Source: Octopus vulgaris (taxonomy: Eukaryota). Taken from it: a DNA stretch of 64,000 nt. The notes beneath the pieces are model-generated. The model was given only the letters and a program-made list of their open reading frames with translations, was not told where the DNA came from and did no database searches. The DNA lies in the NCBI GenBank assembly GCA_951406725.2, contig OX597814.1:62868001-62932000 (forward strand), in the 5' to 3' direction. Of this stretch, positions 27,271 to 39,376 are shown piece by piece (the stretch's first letter is position 1; every line of letters begins with the position of its first letter). The position numbers and the translations under genes are program-made.

Positions 27271-27488
27271 AAGGCAGTAAGCTAGCAGAGTCGTTAGCAC
27301 GCCGGACACAATACTTAATGGCATATCGTCTGTCTTTACGTTCTGAGTTCAAATTCCGCTGAGGTCGACTTTTCCTTTCATCCTTTCGGGTCAGTAAAGT
27401 GAGTACCAATTGAACACTGAAGTTGATGTAATAGTGTATGCCCTCCCACTAAATTTCGGGTCTTGTGCCTATAGCAGAAAGGATTTTG
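27271..27488 (+). mobile_element. SINE family C (Nin/Deu-domain-like)
   Basis: TAGCAGAGTCGTTAG A-box-like, GAGTTCAAATTCC B-box, GTCGACTTTTCCTTTCATCCTTTCGGG. Confidence 0.8.
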
Positions 27489-28267
27489 CATGAGTGGACA
27501 TTAGGATATTTATAATATATTTAGATTACTCAGTAGACTCTTACCTTGTTCGTCAATGGGTCATTATCTCTGTGGTGGCGAATGGGCAAGGGATAGGTTG
27601 TTGTAGGGGCAAGACCGGTTTATCTTTGCTGTAATGCTTCAACGCTTATTTGAAATTGTAATACATGCCGAGAATTATACACGCTCACACGCACGCACGC
27701 ACGCACGAACGCACGCACACACACACATACACACACACACGCACACGCACACACACACACTCACATCTACATACACAGACTGACAGGAACATACAGAAAC
27801 CTTACACCCAATTGTAACATCCAGTCAGACATACACATTAGCTCACATACACACGTATAATCAAACACGAACGCACACATACATACATATATACATACAT
27901 ACATACATGCAAACATACGCACAAATAAAAAATTAAAGGACACAAATATATATACACAAACGGAAGTATACACATATCACGCACAAACACATTCACACAT
28001 GTATTCCTAAACATACATACACGTATCTTTTAAACATACATATTTGCTTGCGTGCTGGAAGCTTCTGTGTTTTCTATTTTGTGCTTACAGTGGCCAGGTG
28101 GAGAGTAATGAGCTTAGTTGTTTGATGAACAAACACGTCATTTACCTCAAGGGTTGGGGCAACCTAATTACTCTGACTTCGATAAGATTATATATACATG
28201 CAAGCATATAAACAGAGAGACATACATACACACACTTCTGCGCACACATATATTGTATATACATACG

Positions 28268-28405
<138 letters not shown>

Positions 28406-28431
28406 GATCCATCTATCTATCTGTCTGTCTT

Positions 28432-28495
<64 letters not shown>

Positions 28496-28629
28496 AGCAT
28501 CTACCATCCTACCTCCCTCTCTCCCTCCCTCCTTCAAAAAAAGATGGGTGAATGTAGGTGGAAAGAATAGTACTTGAATACCGAAGGTAGAGAGATATGC
28601 TTTTTTAATTCTGCAAAAACATAAAAGAA

Positions 28630-28671
28630 AACTGTTACTCAGAGTTTCACGTTCCTGTTCGTTGGACAGTT
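28630..28671 (-). ncRNA. Degenerate type I hammerhead in a PLE pLTR fragment (about 28540-28735)
   Basis: Minus strand AACTGT-CCAACGA-ACAGGAACGT-GAAA-CTCTGAG-TA-ACAGTT: perfect 6-bp stem I, core mutated from CTGACGA. Confidence 0.6.
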
Positions 28672-28820
28672 GTGATCAAGACTATTGCTCAGAACTGTCT
28701 GGGTAAAGATTTTGCAGCTTTAGTAAAAAAGTATATATATATATATATACTCTTTTACAAAAAATGCTATGCAAAATGACCGTTATACCCCGTTATACCG
28801 TTTTCATAGCATTTTTCCGC

Positions 28821-28893
28821 TGGCCGGATAACTGAAGAGATGGCGGCGTGGATTTCCACCTCGGCATCCGAAACTCGGAGTTTCATCATAGCT
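28821..28893 (+). ncRNA. Type I hammerhead ribozyme, copy 1
   Basis: GATAA-CTGAAGA-13-pair imperfect stem II-C-GAAA-CTCGGAG-TT-TCATC; one stem I mismatch. Confidence 0.7.
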
Positions 28894-28986
28894 GCCGAAT
28901 ACTTGTCTCATATTACATTTACAGATACATTCCTCTATTTACATAATATCGATGTCTCTTTTTTTCTTTTGTTGCCTTATCATCTC

Positions 28987-29030
<44 letters not shown>

Positions 29031-29118
29031 TGATAAGGCAACAAAAGAAAGAAAGAGACATCGATATTATGTAAATAGAGGAATGTATCTGTAAATGTAA
29101 TATGAGACAATTATTCGG

Positions 29119-29192
29119 TAGCCATGATGAAACTCCGAGTTTCGGATGCCGAGGTGGAAATCCAAGCCGCCATCTCTTCAGTTATCCGGCCA
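29119..29192 (-). ncRNA. Type I hammerhead ribozyme, copy 2 (antisense)
   Basis: Reverse complement of the copy 1 motif with intact CTGAAGA and GAAA. Confidence 0.7.
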
Positions 29193-29257
29193 TCGGAAAA
29201 ATGCTATGAAAATGGTATAACGGGGTATAACGGTCATTTTGCATAGCATTTTTTCGA

Positions 29258-29331
29258 TGGCCGGATAACTGAAGAGATGGCGGCGTGGATTTCCACCTCG
29301 GCATCCGAAACTCGGAGTTTTATCATGGCTA
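29258..29331 (+). ncRNA. Type I hammerhead ribozyme, copy 3
   Basis: Stem I GATAA/TTATC extended by TGGCCG/TGGCTA; CTGAAGA 29269-29275; GAAA 29307-29310; predicted cleavage after GUU at 29319. Confidence 0.78.
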
Positions 29332-29353
29332 CCGAATAATTGTCTCATGTTAC

Positions 29354-29390
<37 letters not shown>

Positions 29391-29392
<2 letters not shown>

Positions 29393-29796
29393 CGCAGGAG
29401 TGGCTGTGTGGTAAGTAGCTTGCTAACCAACAACATGGTTCCGGGTTCAGTCCCACTGCGTGGCATCTTGGGCAAGTGTCTTCTGCTATAGCCCCGGGCC
29501 GACCAATGCCTTGTGAGTGGATTTGGTAGACGGAAACTGAAAGAAGCCTGTCGTATATATGTATATATATACATGTATGTGTGTGTTTGTGTGTCGTGTT
29601 TGTCCCCCTAGCATTGCTTGACAACCGATGCTGGTGTGTTTACGTCCCTGTCACTTAGCGGTTCGGCAAAAGAGACCGATAGAATAAGTACTAGGCTTAC
29701 AAAGAATATGTCCTGGGGTCGATTTGCTCGACTAAAGGCGGTTCTCCAGCATGGCCGCAGTCAAATGACTGAAACAAGTAAAAGAGTAAAAGAGTA
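29391..29796 (+). mobile_element. SINE family A, full length, near consensus
   Basis: GGCGCAGGAGTGGCTGTGTGGTAAG through GTAAAAGAGTAAAAGAGTA; inserted in (TA)n. Confidence 0.93.
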
Positions 29797-29875
29797 TATA
29801 TATATATATTATATGTATATATAATATATATATAATTAAATCTCAGAATGAGATTGAAACAGTAATCGCTCGATA

Positions 29876-30173
29876 ATGTAAAGTATAGAAGCCATCTTAT
29901 CATGGCTAACCACACTGGGGAGGGGGTGTTACTGTAGCTTTATAGCCCCAAGAGATCGTCGTCTCTAGCTGGCTTTAGACACAATATCAGTGCTCTTGGA
30001 GTATTTGCAAAGGGAGGCGAGGAAGGGATGGGCTCCCTTTGCAAATACTCCAAGGGCACTGATATTGTGTCTAAAGCCAGCTAGAGACGACGATCTCTTG
30101 GGGCTATAAAGCTACAGTAACACCCCCTCCCCAGTGTGGTTAGCCATGATAAGATGGCTTCTATACTTTACAT
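29876..30173. repeat. 141-bp inverted repeat with 16-nt loop
   Basis: 29876-30016 versus 30033-30173, one mismatch seen; TA-rich flanks. Confidence 0.93.
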
Positions 30174-30221
30174 ATAATATATATATATCTTCTATATATG
30201 AATATATACTATATATATATA

Positions 30222-30633
30222 TCTTCTGCTTGTTCCAGTCATTATACTGCGGCCATGCTAGGGCACCGCTTTCAATTTTTAGTGGATGGAATCGGCCCTA
30301 GTATTTCTTTTATTAAGACTTGTACTTATTCTATCGGACTCTTTTTGTCGAACCGCTAGATAACAGGGACGTAAACACACCAACACCGGTTGTCAAAGCA
30401 GTGATGGGAGGGGACGAACACAGACACATAAACACACACTCATAGATACGCACACACACACATATGTATACGACGGGATTCTTTCAGTTTCCGTCTGCCA
30501 AATCCACTCACAAGGCTTTGGTCTGTCCGAGGCTATAGTAGAAGACACTTGCCCAAGGTCCCACGTAATGGAACTGAACCCGAAACCATGTGGTTGGGAA
30601 GCAAGATTCTTACAACACACCCACTCCTGCACC
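30222..30633 (-). mobile_element. SINE family A, full length
   Basis: Reverse-complement match to the 29391 copy. Confidence 0.9.
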
Positions 30634-30645
30634 TATCTATCTATA

Positions 30646-30735
<90 letters not shown>

Positions 30736-30921
30736 TAATGTGTGTATATAGGAATAAAATTATCTAGGCGGTTACCGTCGTAACTCTCATGATGTGGGCT
30801 ATACCACGGTTACTGTGGTATAGCCCACAGCATGTTGACAGAAACCTCTGTGACATGGTATTTTAAACTAGCCAAAAGAAAATACATTAACTCAGCTCGC
30901 TCCTAACCATACTTGCTGAAA

Positions 30922-31005
30922 GACCCTGAATGAAGGCACACAGAAAAGTATGCTGGTTGCCTGTGCAAATGCACAACCTCTGTGTTACAGAAACACGTGT
31001 TGGTC
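30922..31005 (+). ncRNA. Hammerhead-like fold in a (TA)n-flanked element (about 30735-31090) with a 5' hairpin at 30793-30829
   Basis: GACC-CTGAATGA-long stem II (ACACAG/CTGTGT)-GAAA-CACGTG-TT-GGTC; palindromic stem III. Confidence 0.6.
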
Positions 31006-31086
31006 ATTGCAACCAAATAATTGTTCAGTAGGACCAACTGTAAAATTAAAAGAAAAAAATGTTGATGACACTCCTGTCTCCGTATT

Positions 31087-31133
<47 letters not shown>

Positions 31134-31134
<1 letters not shown>

Positions 31135-31473
31135 GTAGTAAACACATAAATGTGAAACAAGGTGGAAAAAGAGTACTCAAATACCAGTGGTAGAGTAATA
31201 TTACTCTACCACTGGTATTTGAGTACTCTTTTTCCACCTTGTTTCACATTTATGTGTTTACTACGGTGTAACCCGCTCCTTATAAAAGTTTGAGCGACTC
31301 TGCACAAGTAGGAAGAACAAACAGCTGAAAAAGATGGAACTTTACCCGCTGGATTTTTCTCAGAAAAATATACCTATCCCTGCATGGAAACAATATCTCA
31401 AAGGTCTTATAGAGAAAACGGAAGAGTTTATTCGAAGATTGAGATGGAAAGCCTTCTTCTTTGATAATAAACA

Positions 31474-31476
<3 letters not shown>
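31134..31476 (+). mobile_element. Penelope-like element fragment: perfect 132-bp palindrome followed by the ORF N-terminus
   Basis: 31134-31265 is a spacerless palindrome; ORF from 31334 reads MELYPLDFSQKNIPIPAWKQYLKGLIEKTEEFIRRLRWKAFFF, matching the PLE N-terminal pattern (S.KNIPIP...R.RWKA.FF); (TA)n both sides. Confidence 0.8.
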
Positions 31477-31541
<65 letters not shown>

Positions 31542-31549
31542 GAATGTAG

Positions 31550-31810
31550 GCGCATGAGTGGGGGGGGGGGGGTACAAAGTTTACTGGTTAGGATGTTGCA
31601 CTCACGAGGATGTGGTGGTGCGTTGTGTTTTGCAATAAAAACTTCATTTCACGCCGCTCTGCGATTGCTTTGATACTTAACGTGTGGAACACTTGTACAC
31701 TCATTTACGCAACACCGGTTTGATGGAGGAAGTTGGCTAATGTACAGCACGCATATTTGATCGTTATAAATAAATTATTTGTGCAGGTGGTTCAGCAGAA
31801 CCTGATGACT
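31550..31810 (+). mobile_element. Diverged SINE, family B-related
   Basis: TGGTTAGGATGTTGCACTCACGA head-like segment and AAAACTTCATTTCACG core shared with the 45913 and 55620 copies. Confidence 0.4.
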
Positions 31811-32281
31811 CACACGTTGTCTTAGGCTATTCCATCATGAATGTATATATGTATATAAGTGAATATATGCATGGATGTATGTGTCTGACATTATCTCTTT
31901 TATTCTCACTGTCATCCAAGTTCTCTCTCTCTTTCTCTTTCCATTTCCGTTCCTACGATCCCCTTATTCATCAACCGTTTTACACCCTGCTTTCGATGCA
32001 AGCAGACATCGTTCCTGTATCTTTTTCTTCTCTTACGCATAATTCTTTTACATAAAAAAAAATTATAAACGATGTAACTCGAAGCATTAAATCCTCTTCC
32101 ATTTTCATTTACATTTTGTGAATTTACTTTAAATGTACTCACTTCATAATTGTTATTGTCTCTTTTCATTTTCTGTTACCCGTTCTCCCCTATGTGTAGT
32201 TTATTTGCTATTTGCTGGTCCCCTTAACTTATAATCATTCCCGTTTTACTTGCAAATTTTTATATAGTATACATACTTACA

Positions 32282-32346
<65 letters not shown>

Positions 32347-32348
32347 TG

Positions 32349-33533
32349 CAATGAATAAACTATCGTCTAAATTACACAAAAATGAGAATAATACTGGCAT
32401 CTCATTTTAACAGATACATTTATCAAAATTACATGAAAACGTCTTGAAATACCTAAGAGTAAATGTATTCAATAAAATCGCCATTGGCTTCAGCCACGAC
32501 CTCTAAATGACTTCGGAATCTCCTGCATCTCTTCTGGACTGTCTCCTCGATTAAGTTGGTGAATGCTGCCATAATCCTTGCCTTCAGTCATCTTTGATAT
32601 TACAAGGAGTTTTGTTGGTTTCTCGCTCAACTGTGCCCTACACCTAATAATCAAGGGGGTTGCAGTTGAGTAAGTGACCAAATACTAAGGATGATGCGGT
32701 CGCAGAAATTGTCTGACAGCCATGACTGGGTACTCCTGCTTGTGTGGCATGAAGCAAAATCCTGTTGCCAGACATGGGGTCCTCCAGCAGCCACTATCTT
32801 CACCCAGGATGGCACTATCTCCTCCAGTCTGAGGCCGTGTGGGAAGCTGAATGGAGGTATAACGTCGCCATCACTAGCGATCACACCAAACACCATAATG
32901 TTGACTGGACGCTTGATTTTTATCACTCTCGGTACATATTTTGGGGTCACGGCAAGTCAACGGTTGTTCTGTGTGTCCCCCATGATCCTGGCAGAAATGT
33001 TTCTTGTCTGGGAAAAACCAAAGGATGTTTGGTTGGATGGGATGCTTGAGTTTGTTCAAAAGCTTCGTAGGGCGATCTTTCCTCTTGTATGAGGAATGCC
33101 GAATGTCTTCATGCACTACCTGCCTAATAAAAAACTCAAACACTCCCATGTCTATGGCGATGGACCTGATTGACTTGGAGGGATGGTTGTCAATCATGGC
33201 CTAGATCTCGCCAACAAATTCAGGAATTCTTTCGAGCTGCCGTACATTCGTAATTACTATTAGACTCATCCAACTCTTTCTGAATCCTCTGCACTGTCCC
33301 CGGATTGACACCCAAACACTCTGAAATGTTCGTATAGGAGCTTCCGGTACGAATGGCAAGCAGAGCAGCATATTCTTTCCAAATTTCAGGCAGAGTGAAT
33401 CGCATCATGGTAGTGTTTTTCTCACAGACGGTGCCCAACTGATCTTACTATACATTGTAAACAACAAAATCAAAAACGAACAATGCGCATGCACGAAATC
33501 GAAAAAAATAAAATGGTGACAATTTATCCATCG
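32349..33533 (-). mobile_element. Tc1/mariner superfamily (maT/DD37D-like) transposon, decayed
   Basis: Fragments SIRSIAIDMGV, WFFPDKKHF, IMVFGVIASDGDVIPPF, WQQDFASCHTS; imperfect TIRs CAATGAATAAACTATC / CGATGGATAAATTGTC; TA at right end. Confidence 0.85.
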
Positions 33534-33618
33534 TATATATGTGCATACGTATATATACACACATATATATGTGCATACATATATATACACGCATACACAC
33601 ACATATATATGTATATAT

Positions 33619-34023
33619 ATACTCTTTTACTCCCTTACTTGTTTCAGTCATTTGACTGCGTCCATGCTGGAGCACCGCCTTTAGTCGAGCAAATCGATCA
33701 CAGAGCTTATTCTTTGTAAGCCTAGTACTTATTCTATCGTTCTCGTTTGCCGTACCATTAAGTTACGGGGACGTAAGCACACCAGCATCGGTTGTCAAGC
33801 AATGTTGGAGAAACAAACACAGACACACAAATATATACTCACATATACATATACATATACGACGGGCTTCTTCCAGTTTCCGCCTACCAGATCCACTCAC
33901 AAGGCTTTGGTGGGCCCGATGCTATAGTAGAAGACACTTGCCCAAAGTGCCACACTGTGGGACTGATCCCGGCACCATGTGGTTGGTAAGAAAGCTAATT
34001 ACCACACAGCCACTCCTGCGCCT
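33619..34023 (-). mobile_element. SINE family A, full length
   Basis: Reverse-complement match to the family consensus. Confidence 0.9.
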
Positions 34024-34172
34024 ATATATATATATATATGAACACATACATATAGACATATATACACACACACATATATATATAAATACATACATATAGA
34101 TACACATATATATGTACATATATATGTATACATATATATATGCATAAACATATAGCATCTATATGCATGTAC

Positions 34173-34217
<45 letters not shown>

Positions 34218-35204
34218 GTGTATACATATGTATGTGTATATGAGTATTTGTTTGTGTGTGAATGGGTGTGCATATACGTAGTGATTGTAAGTACTTTCTC
34301 GTCTCCTCCAACTCCACTCACAATCTCTCTAATCCCTCTTTCTATTCTATTCTCGCTTTCTTTCCTCCTCCTCTCCATCCTCTCTCCCTCTCTTCATACC
34401 ACTCTTACTCATCACTTCGTTTCTTTCCCTTCTTCTTCCTTTCCCCTCGTACTCGTTTTCCCCATCTTCCACTCCTCTTCTCTCTTTCCTCCTCTCCGCT
34501 CCTCATTATCTCTATATGAACATTTTAATCTCCCCCCCTCTCATCATTATAGGCATATTTTTATGTTATGTTTTCGAGAATATACCTATATAATGAGTTT
34601 GTCTGTATGTGTGTATTCATTTTTGTCAGTACATTTCATTCATTAATATTGGTTAATGAGTCAAAATCACGTGAGCTAATTATATATGCATGTGTAGTGG
34701 GACGGTATCAATATTTAATTTCTTTTTCTTAGGTAGATTGAAAGTAAAATTGTGACCTGATAATGAATCAACCTTTAAATGGTTTGTTGACCTTCAAATA
34801 GCAGATGAATATTCCTAAAATTGCTTCCTAACATGTTGTAAGAACAATAGGATGGTTTGATTAAACAGTCTCAGAGAGACAATGCTTCAAGAAATGACGG
34901 GACCTTAATAATTTTATATCTCTAGTCTCTTCATTTAGAGTTACTTGTATTGATGACTTGGTTTCACTCTCTGTTGGAAAGCATTTTACTTCACTTTTTT
35001 CCTTGAAAATATTTATGTCTATGTAGCAGAGTGAACTTTAACATCCCATTGTTAGAAACATGTGAATTTGCGTCTAGCATTTAAAAACGTTTATGGATTT
35101 GATACTTGTAAATATAATTCCTCATGTGCGTGATGTTTTACATGCAGACACACACCCACACCCACATACACACACACACACACACACACGCACACACACA
35201 CACG

Positions 35205-35237
<33 letters not shown>

Positions 35238-35238
35238 G

Positions 35239-35270
<32 letters not shown>

Positions 35271-36589
35271 AATATAAATAAATACATAGTAGATGCATGT
35301 ATGTAGGTATGCATATGTATATATGTGTGTTTGTATCTGTGTGTGTGGGAAAGTTCTCATTAATCCCGATGATGCATCCAGGCGTAATTCCAAGTAGGAA
35401 TCATTCTGTCAATGTTTATTGGCCTGCGTACAGTAGCTCTCCTTTATTTCCTTAAAAAATCCTCATTTTTTTCTCTATCTCAGAATAACTATTATGATCA
35501 TTATAACTCTACTTTGTTGAAGCCTATCTCACATGCTAATACAGAAGCTAAAAATACCTTTAATCTTCTTTGTCTTAATAATAGCCAGATTAGGTCGCAA
35601 TGGTATTATTATATCTCCTATAAATTTCATTTGACAAAATTCAAGGTCTATACGTGACGGGGAAGAGTCTTCGATTGATACAACACAAATATCATAGTGA
35701 TATATTTACAACCGAAGCTAAGCAAATCAAAGATATCTGACTGAGAAGAATTTGAGCTTAGGAAAACGGAGCTACATAGTTAGTTCATACCCTAATAACC
35801 TTTGTACTGTAATATTTGGATAAATTTCAGAGAAGTGAAATGGCACCAAGCTGAATTTATATACTTATTCATTCTCGGTTCACAAGTAATTCACTTCAAC
35901 TAGATTGTTTTTAATAATTTATTAAATGTCTGAATATCATTAGAAACAATTTCCCTATCCTCTAGAAATAAGGGATTTGGCGTCTAGCCAAAACGAAACT
36001 AATATTTGCATTAATCTTAAGCCCATGTTATTTACTTTATATAATGCGTTGTTTTATTCTTTTTAATTTGAGAGAGAGAGAGAGTGGGGTGAGAGAGAGA
36101 GAGAGAACGATAGAGAAAGAAAGAGCCGTAGAGAAAAAAAAAATGAAAGAAAGACAGGAGGAGGACATTTTCCACTCCAACTAAAGCAATAACGCCTAAA
36201 TTTGTGTGACTATTGCTCTAATTTTGTTCAAAGGGCTCAGAAAGTCTCAAAGAAAATGCTGGAGGTTTATAATAGATTTGCAAATATATAGGCTAACATT
36301 TAATATATTTCCGTATTTAATATTTAATTACGAATTAATTCAAAGACCCCTGGCGTGAGAGAAATGTCAGAGCGCTTTGCAACATTTAATTTCTTGGTTC
36401 TTTAGTTTCCCAAACCACCGCTTTTTATCTTCCTAAGTTGTTATATAAGTTAGAGTCATGAATTAAGGTTAGACTAAACTGAGTTAATCGACAGCACCAT
36501 AGACTTCTGGTTTTGTGTTTGCCATAAATTTTGAAATAGTTTTTACTTTTCAAAACGCACATATATGGCATGACCTCTTTATCTGGCTG

Positions 36590-37095
<506 letters not shown>

Positions 37096-37822
37096 ACATA
37101 CAAACATTCATACGCAAATTCATATATAAATAAATACAAACATACATATCTACAACGGAATTCTGTACAGTTTCCATTATCACGATTGGGTGTGATTTGA
37201 AAGACATCTAGCCACTATATCTAGAGCAGGTCGAGCAAGCTCATAGTCTGTCCAAGGTTAACAACACTTCAGTTTTTGCTGGCAATAAGCAGCTGACACA
37301 GGATAAGTGCAGCTCACCGTGTGAAGAGCAGAAAAGCTATACAATTTATATGCTATAATTTAAAGAAGCTATAATCAAAATAAGCTATAATCATAATAAT
37401 CTAGCATTAAAATTGATAAGCTGTATAATTAATGCGCTTGTATTTTTAAGTTTAGGTTTTCCCATGGACCAAAATAAGGTTGCATATGTATGGTTTGTAG
37501 AATATTTTCCCGTTTCGAATCGTGTAGATATTTCATATATATGGTGGGGAAGAAAACATATCAACACAAAATGTAACAAATGACCTCGTGAAAACTGGAT
37601 TTGATTCAATACCTGGGTCTTGCCTAATTACATACATTCTATATTCTCTCTCTTCATCTCCCCCCTCTCTCTCTTTATCTCACACATACATACACACTGT
37701 CTCGGACACATATATATAGGAACACTGACTTACATACACATACACACAATACATATATAACGGGATAATACGTTACTCGTTTCAGAATTTCATGTTTTTC
37801 GGAAACGTAGCACAGGTAATGC

Positions 37823-37874
<52 letters not shown>

Positions 37875-39376
37875 AGACACACACACATACACACACACAC
37901 ACGCACATACGCACATACGCATACACGCACATACGCATACTTACACACACACGTACAAACATACATATATACACTCACACATATCTAAAATTGACTGTCA
38001 CCTTTTGATATAATAAGTATATGTATTTACTCTCCTTGGTATATTGAATTCTTTATCAGATAATGTTAGCACTATATAATTTTGCCATACTTTAGAAATT
38101 TGACATACATACATACATACATACATACATACAGACAGACAGACAGACAGAAATACAAAAATACCCTGGCTCTTTCTCTATTGACAAGAAATCTTGAAAT
38201 AAAATCGGAACAATTACATACATACGCACACGTACATACAGATATTCATATACATGCATACATATTTTACAGAGGCGTCTTTGAGAAATTCATATTTTTA
38301 GCAATGCTATATTTTCACTTTAACCAGCGTAAATTATTGTAAAATCCAAGGAAGTTTGTAGATACCAATGAGTTTGGTTGCCGTTATGTGTGAATAAAAC
38401 AGCCTTTTCTGTCACACGTTCTTTGATGGAGAGGCCAACAATAGGTGGAGGTAATGAAAAAAAGGAAGTGAATTAAAAAGTAATCGCCATGAATAACAGA
38501 TGTAGCCAGTCAGTAAGGTGTGGGAATCTAAAGGGATCAGGTCGGTGAGATTCATTGATTAACCTCTTGTGATCAGACATATCAATTTATGCGATTAACA
38601 CTATTAATACCAGCGCATTGCTGTCAGTAAGAGTAAACGTCATTTGACTGACAAGTGAGTCAGTATCAGTAGGTCATGGGTCAAGTCGTACCATAGCGTG
38701 TTCTATGAATGTGATGATGTGATTTTTTTTCTGAGGACATTAACATTGTTATTGAAATGAAGTATTTTAACTAAAGAACCAAATCATATCATCATTTCTA
38801 TTTGCCGTATGCGACCTTCGTTATTAAAGGTTTAGTAACTTGAGTGATTTTTGAAAGAGAAAAGTAAACACGACTGAGTCGACGCATCCCACCCTCCTAG
38901 TAAGTACTTCCTTTATCGATCCCGAGATTTGATGCAAAATCGTAAGGTGGTAAATTTTACAGGTTAAATGAAAAGTAGCAATCATTGTTGATTTAGGAGC
39001 AAATTTCCAGTTACACGAGGGTAATCAAAGCACGTAGTTCAGAGTACAGCATCTCTGCCTTACTTCCAACTCAACTAGGCCGATACGCCAACGGTTACAA
39101 TAATGTTATAGTCACTAACAACTCAATAATAATCATAGGGTTATTTTCCTCAAAACACGCAACAAGCTTTACAAGGAATACTCTGTCATATAAGTTTCTT
39201 TCAATAGATGTCGTTTTCAATAAAACTTATTGAAGAGGAAGCAGAAAGAGTGGGGCTGGCTACTAGGTGGAAAAATCAATCAATTTTAGGAGCCATAACA
39301 ATTTCTGCTGACTGGATTCGGCTGGATTTTAAAAACAGAAAACGATAAGAATTATACTTTCATTATTTTCTGCGGT

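Larger units (their letters stand above)
28759..29357. mobile_element. Fold-back array of three hammerhead-bearing units (+,-,+) flanked by (TA)n
   Basis: Arms about 28759-28988 and 29026-29254 are near-perfect reverse complements around (TA)n(GA)n; 29242-29357 repeats the first arm. Confidence 0.9.

Noticed and set aside
29903-30001. HDV-like or twister ribozyme topology in the hairpin arm
   Set aside because: P2- and P3-like pairings exist but P1 is only about 5 bp and the J4/2 catalytic C-N-AA segment is missing; twister loop motifs do not match
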